A program made the translations under genes and the position numbers. From contig JBGAML010000011.1 in assembly GCA_044223005.1 (NCBI GenBank), forward strand, positions 99,181 to 163,180: 64,000 bases of DNA. The letters are read 5' to 3'. The notes beneath the pieces are model-generated. The model was not told the DNA's origin, searched no databases, and saw only the letters and a list, made by a program, of their open reading frames with translations. The DNA comes from Candidatus Eiseniibacteriota bacterium. Its GTDB lineage: Bacteria > Eisenbacteria > RBG-16-71-46. Below are positions 8,675 through 21,952 of this stretch, one piece after another (the stretch's first letter is position 1; every line of letters begins with the position of its first letter).

Positions 8675-10867
8675 TTACGCCGTCACCGGGTCGTCGAGCC
8701 GCAGCGTGAGCGAGGCGCGCCGGCGCGCGAGGTCCACGCCCAGTACCTTGGCCGTGACCACGTCGCCGGCCTTCACCACCTCGCGCGGATCCTTCACGAA
8801 ACGCTTCGCGAGCTTGGAGACGTGCACGAGCCCGTCCTGGTGCACGCCCACGTCCACGAACGCGCCGAAGTTGGTGACGTTGGTCACCACGCCCTCGAGC
8901 ACCATGCCGGGCTTCAAGTCCTCGAGCTCGCGCACGTCGTCGCGGAACGACGCGGTGCGGAACTCGGGGCGTGGATCGCGGCCGGGCCTCTCGAGCTCGG
9001 CGAGGATGTCCTTCACCGTCGGCACGCCGAAACGCTCGTCGGTCAGCTCGCGCGGGTCGAGCTTGCGCAGGAACGCGCCGTCCCCGATCACCTGTTCGAT
9101 CGGCCGGCCCGTGCGCTGGAGCAGCCGCTCCACGACGGGGTAGGCCTCGGGGTGCACGGCCGACGCGTCGAGCGGATTGGCGCCGCCGCGGATGCGCAGG
9201 AAGCCGGCGGCCTGCTCGAACGCCTTCTCGCCGAGCCGCGGCACCTTCAGCAGGGCGCGCCGGTCCGGGAACGGGCCGTGCGCGTCGCGGTGCTCCACGA
9301 TGCGCTGCGCGAGCGAGCTGTTGAGGCCCGAGACGCGCGCGAGCAACGGCGCGGAGGCGGTGTTGAGCTCGACGCCGACCGCGTTCACGCAGTCCTCGAC
9401 CGTCGCGTCGAGCGCGCGGGCGAGCTGCACCGGGTTCACGTCGTGCTGGTACTGGCCGACGCCGATCGACTTGGGGTCGATCTTCACCAGCTCCGCCAGC
9501 GGGTCCTGCAGCCGTCGGGCGATCGACACGGCGCCGCGCAGGCTGACGTCGAGGTCGGGGAACTCGCGCGCCGCGAGTTCGCTGGCCGAGTAGACGGACG
9601 CGCCGGCCTCGGACACGACCACGCGCGAGAGGCGCAGCTCGGGATGCCGCTGCTGGAGATCGGCGGCGAGCTGGTCGGTCTCGCGCGAGGCGGTGCCGTT
9701 GCCGATGCTCACGAGCGCGACGCCGTGCCGCGCCGCGAGCTTCGCGAGCGTGGTGAGCGAGCCGTCGCGATCGTGCCGCGGCGCGTGCGGATAGATCGTC
9801 GCGGTCTCGAGCAGCTTGCCGGTGCCGTCGACCACCGCGACCTTGACGCCCGTGCGCAGGCCGGGATCGAGGCCCATCGTCGGCCGCGCGCCCGCGGGGG
9901 CGGCGAGCAGCAGGTCGCGCAGGTTGAGGCCGAACACGCGGATCGCCTCCTGCTCGGCCGCCGCGCGCAGTTCGCCGATCAGGTCGACCTCGAGGTGGAT
10001 CATCATCCGCGCGCGCCACGCGAGCCGCACGGTGTCGGCGAGCCAGCGGTCGGCCGCGCGGCCGCGATTCGCGACCCCGACGTGGGCCGCGACCGCGGCC
10101 TCGAACGCCGACGGCTCGCCCTCGGCGCGCGCCGGCTCGGGTTCGAGCGCGACGTCGAGCAGCCCGAGCGAGCGCCCGCGCAGCAGCGCGAGCGCGCGGT
10201 GCGACGGGATGCGGTGGAGCGGCTCGGAGTAGTCGAAGTAGTCGGCGAAGCGCGCGGCCTCGGCCTGCTGCTCGGGTTTCAGGTCCTTCGTCGCCTTCGC
10301 GCGCATCGCGCCTTCGCGGCGCACGCGCTCGCGCAGCCGGCCGACCAGCGCGGCGTCTTCGGAGAAGCGCTCGATCAGGATCTGCCGCGCGCCCTCGAGC
10401 GCCGCCTTCGCGTCGGCGAAGCCGGCCTCGGCGTTCAGGAACGCGCCCGCGGCCGCTTCGGGCTCGGTCTCGGGCGCACCGAGCAGAGTGCTCGCGAGCG
10501 GTTCGAGCCCGGCCTCGCGCGCGATTTGCGCCTTGGTGCGGCGCTTGGGCTTGTAGGGAAGGTAGAGATCCTCGAGCGCCGTCTTGGTCTCGGCGCCGCG
10601 CACGGCTTCCTCCAGCGCGGGTGTGAGCTTGCCCTGTTCGCCGATGCTCGCGAGGATCGCCGTGCGGCGCTCCTCGAGTTCGCGCAGGTAGCCGAGGCGT
10701 TCCTCGAGCGTGCGCAGCTGCGTGTCGTCGAGGCCGCCGGTGGCTTCCTTGCGGTAGCGGGCGACGAAAGGGACGGTGGCACCGCCGTCGAGCAGTGCGA
10801 CGGCGGCTTCGACCTGGGCGGGACGGGCGGTGAGTTCCTTCGCGATGCGTTCGGAGATGGAGAGCAT
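8675..10867 (-). CDS. tex: Tex-family RNA-binding transcription accessory protein
   Basis: [57 protein letters not shown]-terminal S1 domain. Confidence 0.95.
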   Translation of the reverse strand: MLSISERIAKELTARPAQVEAAVALLDGGATVPFVARYRKEATGGLDDTQLRTLEERLGYLRELEERRTAILASIGEQGKLTPALEEAVRGAETKTALEDLYLPYKPKRRTKAQIAREAGLEPLASTLLGAPETEPEAAAGAFLNAEAGFADAKAALEGARQILIERFSEDAALVGRLRERVRREGAMRAKATKDLKPEQQAEAARFADYFDYSEPLHRIPSHRALALLRGRSLGLLDVALEPEPARAEGEPSAFEAAVAAHVGVANRGRAADRWLADTVRLAWRARMMIHLEVDLIGELRAAAEQEAIRVFGLNLRDLLLAAPAGARPTMGLDPGLRTGVKVAVVDGTGKLLETATIYPHAPRHDRDGSLTTLAKLAARHGVALVSIGNGTASRETDQLAADLQQRHPELRLSRVVVSEAGASVYSASELAAREFPDLDVSLRGAVSIARRLQDPLAELVKIDPKSIGVGQYQHDVNPVQLARALDATVEDCVNAVGVELNTASAPLLARVSGLNSSLAQRIVEHRDAHGPFPDRRALLKVPRLGEKAFEQAAGFLRIRGGANPLDASAVHPEAYPVVERLLQRTGRPIEQVIGDGAFLRKLDPRELTDERFGVPTVKDILAELERPGRDPRPEFRTASFRDDVRELEDLKPGMVLEGVVTNVTNFGAFVDVGVHQDGLVHVSKLAKRFVKDPREVVKAGDVVTAKVLGVDLARRRASLTLRLDDPVTA

Positions 10868-10923
10868 CTTCGCTTTCTAGCCGAAGACGCCTCGCCGTGC
10901 CAAGTGCGAACCGCGCGTGGCGT

Positions 10924-12495
10924 TCAGCGCGTGAGCTGGAACACCACCGCGCCGCGCCACGTGTCCGGCGTGCCGGTGCTCCACACGCGGCCCGCGCGCA
11001 GCTCGAAGTCGACGCCGCCCGAAGGCCACCAGCGCGCCGATGCGTCCACGCTGCGCGTGCGCGTGACGGGCGCGGCGAGCGAGCCGACGTCGGGCACGGG
11101 CGTGCCGAACACGAACGGATCCGCGAGGCCCTCGGCGCCGTGCTCGGTGCGCGCGGCGATCACCCCGAACGACCAGTCCGCGTCGGGATCCCACGTGACG
11201 CGTGCGCGGAAGCGCCGCGAGCCGGGGCCGGTGGGAAAGCCCAGCGGCCGGCCCTGCGCCGCGTAGCTGCGCCCGAAGTACGACGTGTAGACGTAGCGCG
11301 AGAGCCACGTGCCCTCGACGTTCCACGCGAGCCGCGTGCCGCTCACGTCGCCGGTGCCGCTCCAGCCGGCCTGCCAGGCGTACTTGTCCGGGTTGCTGCC
11401 GACGCGCGCGTGCAGGTCGTCGACCAGCACCTCGCCGTAGATCCGCGAGCCGTCGGCGATGCGCAGCGACGCGTCGGCGGCGACCATGACGTTGTTGCGC
11501 AGCGCGTCGGTGGAATCGCGGTGGTCCTGGTCGAGCAGCTTCTGCACGATCGCGTACGGGATCACGCCGGCGAGGTAGAGCCCCTGCCAGCCGCCCGCGC
11601 GGTAGCGCGCGGCCTCGCTCAGCCCGAGCCGCGCCCACACGCGCGGCTGCCACTCCACGCGGTGCGCGGCGAGCTGCTCGCCGGTGCCGGGATCGACCGT
11701 GGCGTTGAGCACGAAGCCGTCGGCGCGCAGAGGCCGCAGGTGCGCCGCGAGCGCGAGCCCCGAGATCGGCGCCATGGTGCGCGAGAGCAGCAGCGAGCCC
11801 TCTTCGCCCGGTCCCCACGCCCAGCGGCTGCGCCCGAGTTGCGCGCTCCACGCGTCGCCGGCCGTGTAGGCGAGGTAGCTCTCCTCGGTGCTGGTCGCGA
11901 AATTCGTGTTGGTGACGAGCGCGTCGCCGAACGCACCGACGCCGCGCAACTCGCCGAAGTAGAGGTGCGAGTACGCGAGCCAGCGGTCGAGCCGGACGCC
12001 CGTGCGCACGTGCAGGCCCGTGCCGTCGACGGCGCGCGCGTCGTCGTGGCCCGCGGCGCGCGTGAAATCGCCCTCGCCCTCGAGCCCGGCCGAGAGCTCC
12101 ATGCGCAACCGGTCCTCCGGCCAGTCGCCGGTCGCGACGCGCGGCCACGTGGGCAGCGGATCCGGCGTGGCGTGGAACGCTTCGTCGCGATGCAGCGCGC
12201 GCAGCACGCGCGTGAGCGCGATCCCGCGCGCCCCCGTCGGGATCGCGAGCCGGGAGTCGCCGGACGCGGGCGGCCGCAGGATCTCCGCCACCTGCCACGG
12301 CCCCGAGCCCAGGTGGGGGAGCGCCACGCGGCCCGGCGCGAGCGCGGGATCGTAGAGGTCGAGCACGCGCAGTTCGGCGAGCACGCGATCGTTCACGGGC
12401 ACGAACTGCTCGGGCACGGCGAGCGCCTGGCGCGGCCCGAGCACGGTCGCGCAGAGGAGGGCGGCGAGAGCGGAAGTGGCGCGGCGGATTCGCAT
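10924..12495 (-). CDS. Wzi-like (capsule assembly) outer-membrane beta-barrel protein
   Basis: Signal peptide; LGRSRWAWGPGEEGSLLLS; LAAHRVEW; YGEVLVDDL; PLGFPTGP. Confidence 0.7.
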   Translation of the reverse strand: MRIRRATSALAALLCATVLGPRQALAVPEQFVPVNDRVLAELRVLDLYDPALAPGRVALPHLGSGPWQVAEILRPPASGDSRLAIPTGARGIALTRVLRALHRDEAFHATPDPLPTWPRVATGDWPEDRLRMELSAGLEGEGDFTRAAGHDDARAVDGTGLHVRTGVRLDRWLAYSHLYFGELRGVGAFGDALVTNTNFATSTEESYLAYTAGDAWSAQLGRSRWAWGPGEEGSLLLSRTMAPISGLALAAHLRPLRADGFVLNATVDPGTGEQLAAHRVEWQPRVWARLGLSEAARYRAGGWQGLYLAGVIPYAIVQKLLDQDHRDSTDALRNNVMVAADASLRIADGSRIYGEVLVDDLHARVGSNPDKYAWQAGWSGTGDVSGTRLAWNVEGTWLSRYVYTSYFGRSYAAQGRPLGFPTGPGSRRFRARVTWDPDADWSFGVIAARTEHGAEGLADPFVFGTPVPDVGSLAAPVTRTRSVDASARWWPSGGVDFELRAGRVWSTGTPDTWRGAVVFQLTR

Positions 12496-12656
12496 GGCGC
12501 GCGATGCTAGGGACGATGCGCGCGGGGCGCAACGCGGCGCGTTGACCCGGCCGTACGCGCGTCCTAACGTCGCGTGCGTGCATGTCCCGGATCCGCCGCG
12601 CCGGCCCCGCTCGCGGAAGTCTTCCGGGAACGTGCGGACGCACGCTCGGAGTGCGC

Positions 12657-13040
12657 ATGCCGGTGACGTGGAGCCTTTCGGACGACGGCCGGATGCTGAC
12701 GGTCGCCGGTCGCGGCGTGGTGACCGAGGCCGAGTACTTCGGCGCTCACGCCGAGTTCTTCACGGCGACCTCGGGCGCCGTGCAGCCCGGGCGCGTGCTC
12801 GCGGACTGGACCGACGTCACCGAGATCCGCATCTCCAGCGACTCGCTCTGGCGCAGCACGTCGATGACGCGCGAGCAGCAGGGGCCCCGCCTGCAGGGCG
12901 GACGCATGGCGCTCGTCGCCTCGTCGCCCAGCGTGTACGGCATGTGCCGCCAGTGGCAGGCGATGATCGCGGACACGGGCCTCGAATGCCTCGTGTTCGC
13001 CGATCGCGACGCCGCGCGCGCCTGGTTGCTGCGGCCATGA
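12657..13040 (+). CDS. Small hypothetical protein, SpoIIAA/STAS-SEC14-like
   Basis: Ends VFADRDAARAWLL, with internal RVLADW and RMALVA..YGMCRQW, typical of SpoIIAA-like proteins. Confidence 0.6.
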   Translation: MPVTWSLSDDGRMLTVAGRGVVTEAEYFGAHAEFFTATSGAVQPGRVLADWTDVTEIRISSDSLWRSTSMTREQQGPRLQGGRMALVASSPSVYGMCRQWQAMIADTGLECLVFADRDAARAWLLRP

Positions 13041-13079
13041 ACCGCACGGCGGCTCCGGGGACGCCCGGGCGGCCCGGAT

Positions 13080-13109
13080 TTGACCCGCGGCCGGGGCGGC
13101 CGGTAACGT
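13080..13109 (+). promoter_or_regulatory. Putative sigma70 promoter for valS
   Basis: TTGACC-N18-TAACGT; AGGAGG RBS downstream. Confidence 0.45.
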
Positions 13110-13202
13110 CGCCCGCCACGTCTTCGGCCCGGCAGGCCGGGGCGGCCCCGAGCCGCCCGCGCCACGCGCCCGCCGCCGGGCCCTTCGCCAGGAGGCCCGC
13201 CT

Positions 13203-15866
13203 ATGCGTCCCGGTAACCCCGAGGCGCTCGCTTCACCCTACGAACCCGGCCGCATCGAGCCCGCCCGCTATTCGTTCTGGGAGGAGCGCGGGGTGTTCCA
13301 GCCCCGGGCCACCGAGGGCAAGGACCCGTTCGTCATCGCCATTCCGCCGCCCAACGTCACGGGTTCGCTCACCATGGGCCACCTGCTGGGCGAATCCATC
13401 CGCGACTGCATCATCCGCTGGCAGCGAATGGAAGGGCGCGAGACGCTCTACATCCCCGGCATGGATCACGCGGGCATCGCGACCCAGAACGTGGTCGAGA
13501 AGAAGCTGCGCGCCGAGAAGAAGAGCCGGCACGATCTCGGGCGCGAAGGCTTCCTGCGCGAAGTGTGGGCATGGAAGGAGCAGTACGGCGGCCTGATCTT
13601 CCAGCAGGAGCGCCGGCTCGGCACGTCGCCCGACTGGTCGCGCGAGCGCTTCACGCTCGACGAGGGCTACTCGCACGCGGTGCTGCACGTCTTCAAGACG
13701 CTCTACGACCAGGGGCTGATCTACCGCGGCCACTACATCGTCAACTGGTGCCCGCGCTGCCAGACCGCGCTCTCGGACGAAGAGGTGGATCACAAGGAGT
13801 CGCAGGGCTCGCTGTGGCACATCCGCTATCCGCTCAAGGACAGCGACAAGTTCATCGTGGTCGCGACGACGCGGCCCGAGACCATGCTCGGCGACACGGG
13901 CGTGGCGGTGAGCCCCAAGGACACGCGCTACAGGAAGCTGGTCGGCAAGACGGCCGTGCTGCCGCTCGTGCGCCGCGAGATCCCGATCGTCGCCGACGCG
14001 ATGGTCGATCCCAAGTTCGGCACGGGCGCGGTGAAGGTGACGCCGGCCCACGACCCGAACGACTTCGAGACCGGCAAGCGTCACGGCCTGCCCGAACTCG
14101 TGGTGATGGACGAGACCGGCGTCATGAACGAGAACGCCGGTGACTTCCGCGGCCTCGACCGCTTCGAGGCGCGCAAGCGCATCGTGGCGGCGCTGCAGGA
14201 CGCGGGCTACCTCGAGAAGGTGGAGCCGCACGTGAACAGCGTGGGCCATTGCTCGCGCTGCGGCACGGTCATCGAGCCGTACCTGTCGTGGCAGTGGTTC
14301 GTGAAGATGGCGCCGCTCGCGGCGCCCGCGATCGAGGCGGCGAAGAAGGGCAAGGTGAAGATGTTCCCGGCCCGGTGGAAGAAGGTCTACCTCCACTGGC
14401 TCGAGAACATCCGCGACTGGTGCATCTCGCGGCAGCTGTGGTGGGGCCACCGGATCCCGGTGTGGTATCGCGGCCAGGAGATGGTCGTCTCGCTGGAACA
14501 GCCCGAGGGCGAGGGCTGGCGCCAGGACGAGGACGTGCTCGACACGTGGTTCAGCTCGTGGCTGTGGCCGTTCGCCACGCTGGGCTGGCCCGAGAAGACG
14601 CCGGACCTCGAGCGCTTCTATCCGAACAGCCTCATGGTCACGGGCAGCGACATCATCTTCTTCTGGGTCGCGCGCATGATCATGGCCGGCTACCACTTCC
14701 TCGGCGAGGCGCCGTTCGCGCACGTCTACTTCACGAGCATCGTGCGCGACGCGCAGGGCCGCAAGATGAGCAAGTCGCTCGGCAACTCGCCCGACCCGCT
14801 CGCGATGATCGACAAGTACGGCGCCGACGCCGTGCGCTTCACGATGATCCAGACGCCGACGGGGCAGGACCTGCTGTTCGACGAGAAGCGCCTGGAGACG
14901 GGCAAGTTCTTCGCGAACAAGATGTGGAACGCGGCCAAGCTGGTGCTCATGCGCCTCGGCGACGAGAACCTCGCCCCGGTGCGCGAGTCGCAGTTGCAGC
15001 TGACGCTCGCCGACCGCTGGATCCTGTCGCGCTTCGCGAACGCCACCAAGGGCGTGACGCGGAACCTCAAGACGTACCGCTTCGCCGAGGCCGCGCAGGC
15101 GCTCTACCACTTCGCGTGGAACGAGTACTGCGACTGGTACCTCGAGATGGCCAAGCCGCGCTGGGCGCTCGCCGACAAGGGCGACGCGATGACGGCGTCC
15201 GAGAAGGCCGACCTGCGCACCGCGCGCTGGGTGGCGTGGAAGGTGCTCGACGGCATCCTGCGGCTCATGCACCCGTTCATGCCGCACGTCTCGGAAGAGC
15301 TGTGGCAGGCGATCCCGCACGACGGCGAGACGCTCGCGACGGCCTCGTGGCCGCGCGCGAAGAAGTCGTGGTTCGACGCCGGCGTCGAGCGCGAGGTCGG
15401 CTTCCTGCAGGAGGTCGTGGTCGCGGTGCGGAACCTGCGCGCGGAGCAGAAGATCGCGCCCGGGCGTTCGGTGCCGGTCGTGGTCCGCGGCACCGAGGCG
15501 CAGCTCGAGCTGCTCGAGCGGCTGCAGGGCCAGCTGCTGGGGCTGGCGCGCATCGAGACGCTGACGCTCGCCCGTGACGGCGCGCGGCCCAAGGTCGCCG
15601 CGTCGGCGGTCGTGCAGGGCGCCGAGGTGTTCCTGCCGCTCGCCGGTCTCGTCGACCTCGACGAGGAGCGCGCGCGGCTGGCGCGCGACGCCGAGAAGCT
15701 GCTGACCGATCTCGAGGGCGTGCGCAAGAAGCTCCGCAACCAGGACTTCCTCGCCAAGGCCCGGCCCGAGATCGTCGAGAAGGAGAAGGCGCGGCTCGAG
15801 GCGCTGGAAGAGACGCTCGAGAAGCTCAAGAAGGCGCAGGAGTCGCTGAGCGTCAAGTTCGACTGA
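13203..15866 (+). CDS. valS: Valine--tRNA ligase
   Basis: PPPNVTGSLTMGH, DHAGIATQ, TTRPETMLGD, DWCISRQLWWGHRIP, KMSKS, C-terminal coiled coil. Confidence 0.98.
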   Translation: MRPGNPEALASPYEPGRIEPARYSFWEERGVFQPRATEGKDPFVIAIPPPNVTGSLTMGHLLGESIRDCIIRWQRMEGRETLYIPGMDHAGIATQNVVEKKLRAEKKSRHDLGREGFLREVWAWKEQYGGLIFQQERRLGTSPDWSRERFTLDEGYSHAVLHVFKTLYDQGLIYRGHYIVNWCPRCQTALSDEEVDHKESQGSLWHIRYPLKDSDKFIVVATTRPETMLGDTGVAVSPKDTRYRKLVGKTAVLPLVRREIPIVADAMVDPKFGTGAVKVTPAHDPNDFETGKRHGLPELVVMDETGVMNENAGDFRGLDRFEARKRIVAALQDAGYLEKVEPHVNSVGHCSRCGTVIEPYLSWQWFVKMAPLAAPAIEAAKKGKVKMFPARWKKVYLHWLENIRDWCISRQLWWGHRIPVWYRGQEMVVSLEQPEGEGWRQDEDVLDTWFSSWLWPFATLGWPEKTPDLERFYPNSLMVTGSDIIFFWVARMIMAGYHFLGEAPFAHVYFTSIVRDAQGRKMSKSLGNSPDPLAMIDKYGADAVRFTMIQTPTGQDLLFDEKRLETGKFFANKMWNAAKLVLMRLGDENLAPVRESQLQLTLADRWILSRFANATKGVTRNLKTYRFAEAAQALYHFAWNEYCDWYLEMAKPRWALADKGDAMTASEKADLRTARWVAWKVLDGILRLMHPFMPHVSEELWQAIPHDGETLATASWPRAKKSWFDAGVEREVGFLQEVVVAVRNLRAEQKIAPGRSVPVVVRGTEAQLELLERLQGQLLGLARIETLTLARDGARPKVAASAVVQGAEVFLPLAGLVDLDEERARLARDAEKLLTDLEGVRKKLRNQDFLAKARPEIVEKEKARLEALEETLEKLKKAQESLSVKFD

Positions 15867-15903
15867 CCGCCGGCCGCGGCACGAACCCCCTCGGAGACGC
15901 AGC

Positions 15904-16533
15904 ATGCGCACGCTCGACGAGCTGCTCGAACGCAACCGGTCGTGGGCCGCGGACCTCACCGCGCGTGACCCGGAGTTCTTCCCGACGCTCGCGCGCCAGC
16001 AGGCGCCGGGTTACCTGTGGATCGGCTGCTCGGACAGCCGCGTGCCCGCGAACCAGATCGTCGGGCTGCTGCCGGGCGAACTGTTCGTGCACCGCAACGT
16101 CGCGAACGTGGTCGTGCACACCGACCTCAACTGCCTGAGCGTGCTCCAGTTCGCGGTCGACGTGCTGAAGATCCGCGACGTGATCGTGTGCGGGCACTAC
16201 GGCTGCGGCGGTGTGGGGGCCGCGCTGCGCGGCGACCGCCTCGGCCTGATCGACAACTGGCTGCGCCACGTGCAGGACGTGCGCGACCGGCACCGCGACG
16301 AACTGGCGGCGCTGCCCGACGAGGGCGCGCGTGTCGACCGCCTCTGCGAGCTCAACGTGGTCGCGCAGGTCGCGAACGTGTGCGAGACCACGATCGTGCA
16401 GGACGCCTGGGCGCGCCGGCAGCCGCTCACCGTGCACGGCTGGATCTACGGCCTGGGCGACGGCCGGCTGCGCGACCTGGGGGTGAGCGCGAGCACGACC
16501 GCCGAGCTCGCCGCCGTCCTCGAGCGCACGTAG
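15904..16533 (+). CDS. can: Beta-class carbonic anhydrase
   Basis: WIGCSDSRVP, ELFVHRNVAN, VCGHYGCGG. Confidence 0.96.
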   Translation: MRTLDELLERNRSWAADLTARDPEFFPTLARQQAPGYLWIGCSDSRVPANQIVGLLPGELFVHRNVANVVVHTDLNCLSVLQFAVDVLKIRDVIVCGHYGCGGVGAALRGDRLGLIDNWLRHVQDVRDRHRDELAALPDEGARVDRLCELNVVAQVANVCETTIVQDAWARRQPLTVHGWIYGLGDGRLRDLGVSASTTAELAAVLERT

Positions 16534-16691
16534 CGGGCGCGATTCACGCGGTCCGGACCGCGCTTGACGGTGGCGCAGGGCGGGCGGATCGTTCGAGGCC
16601 TCAAGGACGCACCGGCGCCCCCGGTGCTCCCGGTCGCCCCCAACCCCGAGCACCGCGACGCGACGCCCCGTGCGCCCGGGAAGGGGCTGCG

Positions 16692-17169
16692 ATGAGCCAC
16701 GCGATCGCTTCCGTGCTCAAGCCGCGCATGGGATCGGCGGTCATTCACGTCGACGACGCGATCCCCGTTCGCATCACCGTCCGCCGTGACCTCCACGGCA
16801 CGCCCGAGGGGATCGTCGTGCATCCCGACGACCATCATCCGCCGGTGATCCACGCGCGTCCGTCGGGCGAGCGGGTGCCGGGCCGGCTGCCGCGTCCGCC
16901 CGTGCGCATCGCGCGGCAGGTGCTGTGGGTCGTCGACGACCTGCGCCGGGGCGAGGTGCTGCGCATCCAGGCCAAGACGTCTCCGCCGCAGGGTCACTAC
17001 TTCCACTACAGCGCATTCGTGCTCGACCACGAGGGTCCCGCCGTGGCGAGTGGTTCGGCGCGGCTGCCGGTGCCGCTCCGCAAGCCGGGAGCGCGCTTCG
17101 AGTGGCGTTACGACATCACGGTGGAGGGCGGCCATCTGCACGCGCCCGTGACGCTCGATCCGATGATCA

Positions 17170-17189
<20 letters not shown>
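16692..17189 (+). CDS. Hypothetical beta-rich protein ending LDPMIIIEDGP
   Basis: AAGGGG before ATG; composition is protein-like, unlike the shadow frames; overlaps the kinase 3' end by 20 nt. Confidence 0.6.
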
Positions 17190-19800
<2,611 letters not shown>

Positions 19801-19915
19801 GGCGCCCTCCCCCGAATGCCGCGGACACGCGGCCTGAACCCGTCGGGAGCCTACTCCTGCGAACGGGGCCTCACCACGGCCTTCGCAGCCGGCCGTGCGC
19901 CCGGGGCCGCCAACG

Positions 19916-19949
19916 CGAACGCCGGCCCGCGTTTGCGGGCCGGCGTTCG
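19916..19949. terminator. Hairpin downstream of the aquaporin gene
   Basis: cgaacgccggcccgc-gttt-gcgggccggcgttcg. Confidence 0.55.
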
Positions 19950-19971
19950 GACAGGACTCGAGGGGCGGGAG

Positions 19972-20607
19972 TCAGGCCTTCGCTTCCTGCACGCGGAACA
20001 CGAGCGCAGCGAGCGCGCCGCCGGCGAGCGGGCCGACCAGGTAGAGCCACAGGTGCTGGAGCGAACCGCCACCGAGCATGGCGTTGATCAGCGAGGGGCC
20101 GAGCCCGACCGCGGGATTGAACGCGCCGCCCGAGACGGGGCCGCCCGCGAACGCGGCGACGACGACGGTGAAGCCGATGGCGAGCCCGTAGAACGAGTTC
20201 CCCTTCGTGCCCTCCGACGTGGCGGCGTTCAGCACGACCAGTGCGAGCGCGAACGTGTAGAGCACCTCGACGAGCAGCGCGGCGGTGAGCGATGCGCCTT
20301 CTGCGGGTGCGGGCGCGAACGTGCGGCCGAGGATCGTGTGCACCGCCAGCGCCGCGAGCACCGCGCCGGCCACCTGCGCGATCCAGTACGGCACGACCTG
20401 CTTGCCGGGCAGCTTGCCGCGCAATGCCACCGCGAGCGTCACGGCGGGGTTGTAGTGCCCGCCAGAGACGTGGCCGCCCATGTAGACCATGACCATGAGC
20501 GAGGCGCCGATCGCGAGCGGCGCGAGCGGCGTGCCGCCGATCACCGTGAGGCCGATCGTGAGCACGAGGAAGAAGGTGCCGATGAGTTCGGTGAGCAGTG
20601 AACGCAT
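19972..20607 (-). CDS. MIP-family channel (aquaporin)
   Basis: SGGHYNPAVT and SGGAFNPAVG; six hydrophobic segments. Confidence 0.95.
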   Translation of the reverse strand: MRSLLTELIGTFFLVLTIGLTVIGGTPLAPLAIGASLMVMVYMGGHVSGGHYNPAVTLAVALRGKLPGKQVVPYWIAQVAGAVLAALAVHTILGRTFAPAPAEGASLTAALLVEVLYTFALALVVLNAATSEGTKGNSFYGLAIGFTVVVAAFAGGPVSGGAFNPAVGLGPSLINAMLGGGSLQHLWLYLVGPLAGGALAALVFRVQEAKA

Positions 20608-20842
20608 GGAAGGGGCTCCGGAAGGGAAAGGGTGGATCGCGGCCGGGGGAGTGTCGGTGCGGAGCGAGGTGTGCCGCGATCCGGAGGGGCCTGCTGTGCG
20701 CGGGCGAGGCTTCAGACAGCGGCGCCCCGCCGCGGGTCACATCGCGGCGGGGGTTCGGCGGGCCCGGGCTCGTGCCCCGGATGAGGTCGTGGCGGGAAGG
20801 TGCTGGAATCGCTCGGGTTGCGCCGGTCGATCCCGGGCGGGT

Positions 20843-21952
20843 TCAGAGCCCGTCGTAGCGGGAGTAGCCGCGCTCGTTCCAGTAGTCGGGAGGCTCGTGC
20901 GCTCCGAACTCGATCGACGTGATGGCCTTGATGTTCTTGAGCCCGAGCTTCACGGGCACGAGCAGCCGCAGCGGCGCGCCGTGCGCGAGCGGCAGCGGGG
21001 CGCCGCTCCAGTGCGTGGCCAGAAGCGTCTGCGGGTGCATCGCGGTGCCGAGGTCGATCGAGACGTAGTAGGGGTTCGAGCGCCCGGCACGATCGAGGTT
21101 CACGTCCGAGCGCATCGCGGCCCAGCGCGCGCCGTCGCGCGGCGGGAACGCCGCGAGCAGGTCGGCGAACCGCAGCCCCTGCCACCACGCGATCGCGCTC
21201 CAGCCCTCGACGCAGACGAAACGCGTCACCTGCTCGTACGAGCGGAAGCGCGCGAGCAGCTCGGGCAACGCGAGTCGTGCCGAGCCGCCGCCCTTCAGCC
21301 CGCGCAGTTCGAGCACCCAGTTCGCCAGGATCGCCGCGTCGGGCGTGCGGCCATCGTAGTTGTTGCGCAGCGGCGTGACGTCGGCGCGCGAATACGTGCG
21401 CACGAGCCGGCGCGGCGAGTAGAGCGCTTCGGCGACGTCGTCGTCGAACGTGAGCGCGCGATCGAGCACGCGCTCGCGCCGCTCGCGCGTGAGCCCCACG
21501 CGCGCGGCGAGCGAATCGAGCCGGTCGCGCGCGGCGCCGGGCAGCAGCCGGCCCTTCGTGCGATCGGGCAGCAGGAACCACGCCCCGGTCGCGGCGGCGA
21601 GCGCGCCCGCGCCGAAGAGCAGGAAGTCGCGGCGCGCCTGCGCGACCAGGCGAGAGCTCGGCACCTCGATCACGCGCTCGGCCGGCTCCGGCGAGCCGGC
21701 GCGCGGCGCGGGAGCGGGCTTCGGCGCAGGTGCAGGCGCCGGTGCGGTGGGCGGTGCGGTGTCGGGCACCACTGCCGGCCCGTCCGGGGCGGCGGCCTCC
21801 GGGGCCGCAGGCGTCGCACTCGCGGCCGGTGCGGCGTCGGGCGCCGTGGCTTCGGCCGCGCGTGGCGTCACGGCTTCCGGGGCGGCCAGGTCCTGCTGGG
21901 CGTCGTCCTGCGGCGCGTCGTCGCGCGGCGCGTCGTCGTGCGCGTCAGCCAT
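20843..21952 (-). CDS. Molybdopterin-dependent oxidoreductase (sulfite-oxidase/MsrP-like)
   Basis: RFVCVEGWS, HPQTLLA, HGAPLRL.VPVKLGLKNIK, DYWNERGY; RRDFL Tat-like motif after a Pro/Ala-rich N-terminus. Confidence 0.9.
   Translation of the reverse strand: MADAHDDAPRDDAPQDDAQQDLAAPEAVTPRAAEATAPDAAPAASATPAAPEAAAPDGPAVVPDTAPPTAPAPAPAPKPAPAPRAGSPEPAERVIEVPSSRLVAQARRDFLLFGAGALAAATGAWFLLPDRTKGRLLPGAARDRLDSLAARVGLTRERRERVLDRALTFDDDVAEALYSPRRLVRTYSRADVTPLRNNYDGRTPDAAILANWVLELRGLKGGGSARLALPELLARFRSYEQVTRFVCVEGWSAIAWWQGLRFADLLAAFPPRDGARWAAMRSDVNLDRAGRSNPYYVSIDLGTAMHPQTLLATHWSGAPLPLAHGAPLRLLVPVKLGLKNIKAITSIEFGAHEPPDYWNERGYSRYDGL

Noticed and set aside
13041..13202. T-box riboswitch upstream of valS
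   Set aside because: No T-box consensus or U-tailed terminator, and the leader is too short.
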